A DNA stretch of 61,532 nt, counting the filler, from Rhabdomonas costata (Eukaryota): NCBI GenBank assembly GCA_019059605.1. It is 12 parts of 12 records of this genome, joined end to end, with 100 filler letters (N's around TTAATTAATTAA, not from the genome) between each part and the next. Parts side by side here need not be neighbours in the genome. Positions count along the whole stretch, not along the records: positions 56,544 to 61,532 come from JAHMHO010000117.1; 11 more parts are not named here. One strand, given 5' to 3'. The number at the start of each line of letters is the position of its first letter. The stretch's first letter is position 1. This document shows, in pieces, positions 57,317-61,532 of the stretch. The position numbers and the translations under genes were made by a program. The notes under the pieces were generated by a model, which saw only the letters and a list, made by a program, of their open reading frames with translations, ran no database searches and was not told where the DNA came from.

Positions 57317-59428
57317 TCACCACAAGTATGACGGCATCAAGAGGTGGACCGCCGACATTCGCATGGTTTTCACAATCGTCTCGTAGTCTGCACGGCCGAG
57401 CACATAGCGCTCCTTGCGAAGCGCAGGAACGGGAGCGAAGCCCTCGGCCAGGAGCTGCTTCTCGATGGTCTCACAGTGAGCCGCACCCCACGGTATAGCT
57501 GCAGCGAACGATTAGGGCACAGCGTAAACATACCACAAGTTTGAGTTTCTATCCGCTCGACACGCACCACCGCATAACCGGTTCGCAACTAATCCGAACG
57601 CTAATCCAAACTGGCACACGGCTCAAAACAAGGCTTTGCTCTGAGAAAATATTGAAAATTCACGAGTCCAGCACCGATCGCGCAAACAGGTGGGCTGTAC
57701 AAAATTGAATGTAAGGTCATGAAAATGAATGAAATCTAACCTCCCACTCCTCTTCATATCACAGAGAAACATCGTAAGCTGTTCACTCCGAGATATCGTC
57801 CATAAATATCGTAAATATCGTAAATACACCTTCCGATTTCTGGCTTTACCGTGCGTGTTCCGTTCCGTGCAATGAACAATAGTTTTCGGGGTTGTAAACT
57901 ACAGTCGCTAACCTCTCAGCGAAGTGATAGGATGGGATGGGCAGGTTATGATAATGACAGAAGCTTATCAAGAATAGAACAAAGGAGCAGGTGGGCAAGT
58001 TCTGGAGACGGGTGGTGAGCTGCGCACCAACAACGGAATTGGCGGAAATGTGATGCACGCAGTACTGCAGCGCCTCCATCAGTCGCTGCTCCCGCTTCTT
58101 GTTCATCCGGCTGAACAAATATCTGGAGGCAAACGCGCTCTGGAGCTCCCGCACGGGCACAACCTCGTCGGCATGAATCCATCGGCAGTACTCGTGGTAG
58201 AGAGTAATGAGATAGTGCTGCGAGATGATCTCCGGTGAGAAGACTTTCCCCACAACCCCAAGGCCAGCCTTTCCGATCATTGCAGCCCGGCCCACGATCT
58301 GCAGAGAACAGCGGGAACCCGGAAATCAACTCAATGGAATCTTCAAAATTTTCTGAATCGTCGTGTGGGGTGGAAGGAAAGAACCTTGAAAACCCTCCGT
58401 CACCAGCAGTAGCCCTGGCTTTGGAAATCAATTCCGCCAAAAGAATAACAGTGGCAGAGCAAAAAAGTCTTTGCAAAGTGCGAAAATAAAAAGAGAGTTT
58501 GCACTCATATGGCGAGTTCACATCCGCTTATTCTGTCACCTCTTTCCATTGGATGAAATCGCAATAGTCTACAGTCGTTCTATTTCCAGTATCGTACCAT
58601 ATTATTCTGGTCCCACCACTAATGGAAGGAGCAGACACCCAACCATACACTCAATCAACCCAGCACACAAACACGGGGGCTAGTCCTTTACTGCCCCCCC
58701 CCTCAGTAGGGTGATTCAACCCTATTTGAGCTGTGAACTAGTAATGAGTTATGCGTCCCTTCCTGAGAGTGCGGTGGGTCAGGAGGTAATGCACGGGTCC
58801 CCTGGGATTGCAATACAAGCTTTTGCAGGGCGTTAGGAGGCGATGCATGTTCTCCTTGGGACTCTTTCCAGGATGTCGTCCGCTCAAACTCCAAGCTCTA
58901 GGAACGAGGAACAAGGGCAGATTGGGGTCCAGTAAGGGACCTATGCCCAAACGCGTGTTGTAAACAGGCGCTCGTTCTTCATTTCAAGGAATCAACCCCC
59001 CCCTCCCCGCTCCATCCAACATCCGCAACCTGGGAGCGAGCGGGGTCGGTCTCCAAGGGCGCATCCATCAGGTCACGGCGCTTCAGCCGGCGCTCCTCAT
59101 TCAGGTGTGTGGCAACTCCCTCCAGCGGGATCACACTCTCCTCGAGAATCACCGCATCCATGTTGTACAGATCCTGGAGAAGGCCATCGTAGAAGGCTTT
59201 CCTGGCCATGTGCACCATCGGGACCACCACTACGGTGGCCCGCCCGTCACTGTAGCCGTGCTGCACGCTAACAAGACCGTCTGGGCGGGGCAGCAGGAAC
59301 GGGGGAAACTGAAGCTTACTGAGCCTTCGATCGCCCTGCTGCACCTTAGATACCACTAGCAACGCCACGGCGGCCCCGACACACCCCAGCCCAACTTTCT
59401 TGAGCTTGGTAACAGAGAAAACGGCCAT
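57317..59428 (-). CDS. TraB/GumN(TIKI)-superfamily-like protein with N-terminal hydrophobic anchor
   Basis: Exons 59428-59030, 58298-58028 and 57498-57317 give VVVPMVHMARKAFY...DAVILEE, SQ...WIHAD, REQRLMEAL and VVAIPWGAAH..IEKQLLAEGF. Splice phases are consistent. Confidence 0.65.
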
Positions 59429-59857
59429 CTTTGGCTCCACAGGAAAAAGAACAACAGGGTACTGCCGATCGACAGCGAGAAAGTCGTCGCAGAAGCATTG
59501 AAGCATTGATTCCCGTCCAGACGTCCAGAGAATGGCAAACGGCGAGCAGGTAACAGGTGCGGCCCACTGTTAAGCCACGCCATTCATTTGCAAATACAGG
59601 AACATGTCAGAAGTGTCCTTTGTCCATCTGCAGGTAGTTAGTGGTTATTGCCTTACCGCACTTTCCACTTATTCTGCTTGTTTCAGTTATTTAAATTCTC
59701 TTCATGTCTTGGAAGGAAAAAGAACACCAATAAACTTTCGCCTTGCGACCGTCAACAGCGAAACGATTCCCCAAAAAACTTCCAGGATGAAAACATTTGA
59801 GGAGCTAAGCAGTGATATGCTGAATGAGCTTCGCGACCCAAGAAACTATGGAAAAAA

Positions 59858-60219
59858 NNNNNNNNNNNNNNNNNNNNNNNNNNNNNNNNNNNNNNNNNNN
59901 NNNNNNNNNNNNNNNNNNNNNNNNNNNNNNNNNNNNNNNNNNNNNNNNNNNNNNNNNNNNNNNNNNNNNNNNNNNNNNNNNNNNNNNNNNNNNNNNNNNN
60001 NNNNNNNNNNNNNNNNNNNNNNNNNNNNNNNNNNNNNNNNNNNNNNNNNNNNNNNNNNNNNNNNNNNNNNNNNNNNNNNNNNNNNNNNNNNNNNNNNNNN
60101 NNNNNNNNNNNNNNNNNNNNNNNNNNNNNNNNNNNNNNNNNNNNNNNNNNNNNNNNNNNNNNNNNNNNNNNNNNNNNNNNNNNNNNNNNNNNNNNNNNNN
60201 NNNNNNNNNNNNNNNNNNN
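59858..60219. other. Scaffold gap (N run without linker)
   Basis: Continuous Ns with no TTAATTAATTAA core. Confidence 0.95.
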
Positions 60220-60351
60220 TGCTTCGAAATGATCCATGCTCTTGGGTTCAAGGCTTGTCCTTGTCCCCTTGTCCACTAAGCCACTAAGCGAGACTTGGCA
60301 GCCAGCCGACAGCAGACAGCAACCAGCAGCAGAAAGAGCGCCCCGACCAAC

Positions 60352-61425
60352 CGGGCTCGTCCCGTGGTTCTTGAACCATAGAACGACAGAGGGGACTCCT
60401 CGTCCGAGCATGGCACTGGAGGAGGGGCGCCAGACCATCCAACCGCCCATCTCGTTGTACGCACCCACCCACCAACCAACCTAACGAAAGCAACGCGAAT
60501 GCAATTCTCCTCAACTTACAGGAAAAAACAAATAAACCAAAAAGACCGTTACAAACTCCGGTGTCTGTACCGCAGTGCCGTGGTTTTCTTCCCAAAAAGA
60601 CGTTTTAAATGACAAACATAGGCACACGTAGCTCAACTACCTGCACCCAAAATGTCAATTGCACAACTTAGCGAGAAAAGCCAGGATTCACTCACGTCAA
60701 ACCTGGGCGGATGTTCGAGAGGTGTCACTCGGGCGCTGCAGCACACCAAACAGCGATGGGGCTCAGCCATCGCTGCTCAGGAAGGCTGGCCCCAGGCGGC
60801 CGTGCTTTTCGCTGGCGTCGACGTGAAGCGTGACCTTAGGATCGCCAATGCTGCCGTAGATGAAGGTGCCGAAGATCTCGTGCACGGCGCTCCAGTTCCT
60901 CAGCCGTGCGAACTCAGCGTTCCACCTGAATTCAGGAATCCAGGACAAAGGACCCAGAAAACAAACCACCGGTGAATAAGAAAAATCGCACCGTCGTGAC
61001 TGAAAGGCCAAAAGTCACCGCAACGGCTGAAAGGGATTTTAACTTACCTATCCCAGAAGCCAAGATCACAATGTCTCTAAAAGTGACTGCTGTGATGTAA
61101 TCTTTTTCACGGGTTGCTGTTGGAAAAATCAAAAGATCCCAAAATAAACCGATTCCGAAACAGCCTCCACGCCATAGCCACCCCCACGTACCATTTGTTC
61201 ATGTAGCATTCCATGAAAAATCCGGCTCGACAGACTTTCCGCTTGAACTCTTCCGGCACGGTGCTGCCATAGGGCAGCACAAAGTCGGTGTAGTACGCCC
61301 TTCGGGCGATGTGGTTTTGGTCACTCCACCCCTCCGTCCGCAGCGCTGGCACAAAGAAGGGCCCGGGAAGCTCGGCGTCCATCCGAATGTCGAAGGCCGA
61401 GGGGGAGTTCGGGTGCGTGTTAAAC
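60352..61425 (-). pseudogene. Multi-exon gene of unknown function, disrupted by a templated insertion
   Basis: Exons 61425-61192, ~60925-60696 and ~60480-60352 have GT-AG borders and coding-like composition. An in-frame TGA arises within the insertion at 60751-60780. Confidence 0.55.
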
Positions 61426-61532
61426 CTGCCCCCCCCCCCAAAGGCACGGTGCACAGCCAGAAGTGCTCCGCAGCACTTTGCTTCGGTTCGGATGCCTTCA
61501 AACACCTTAGCAGCGAAGTCACTGCCAGCGAG

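Noticed and set aside
57499-58027. Possible non-canonical intron in the TraB-like gene
   Set aside because: A phase-1 GT donor at 58027 gives VVAIPWGAAH with a normal GT-AG intron. No convincing non-GT/GC-AG intron was found in the window.
59604-60468. ORFs spanning the N gap or the linkers
   Set aside because: They are open only because Ns translate as X.
1-61532. Spliced-leader RNA, rRNA, tRNA or CRISPR loci
   Set aside because: None recognised by eye. A covariance-model search would be needed to exclude small RNAs.

Overview
This window is not one locus. It is 12 unrelated contigs of about 5 kb, joined by artificial 100-nt linkers (44 N + TTAATTAATTAA + 44 N), with one N gap inside the last contig. 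Contig ends carry G/T-only or A/C-only tails and fold-back inversions, which point to whole-genome-amplified template. The DNA is nuclear and from an intron-rich, flagellated eukaryote, most likely a euglenozoan (euglenid-like). That inference rests on a kinetoplastid-type AMP deaminase, CFAP54, weak 5' splice sites, several GC-AG introns and acceptor-like sites just upstream of start codons. Most ORF-track entries are noise; the real genes were rebuilt exon by exon. They are a kelch-repeat membrane protein, an MSMEG_6728/pyrimidine-dimer-glycosylase-like protein, CDC26, a jacalin plus aerolysin-like (natterin-like) protein, AMP deaminase, a SprT-like metalloprotease, a Cys-loop pentameric ligand-gated channel (disrupted), a PPEF/PP5-like phosphatase (frameshifted), a PDR/ABCG transporter, CFAP54 and a TraB/GumN-like protein. 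There are also several pseudogenes and decayed Ty3/Gypsy (one with a dUTPase) and DIRS-like retroelements. The most notable patterns are (i) short direct-repeat-flanked or templated insertions whose removal restores reading frames, (ii) introns whose two ends are complementary, alongside G-rich acceptors lacking a polypyrimidine tract, (iii) a candidate lectin-targeted pore-forming toxin, and (iv) a canonical C-x13-C Cys-loop channel in a protist. All family assignments come from motif recognition by eye; no searches were run.
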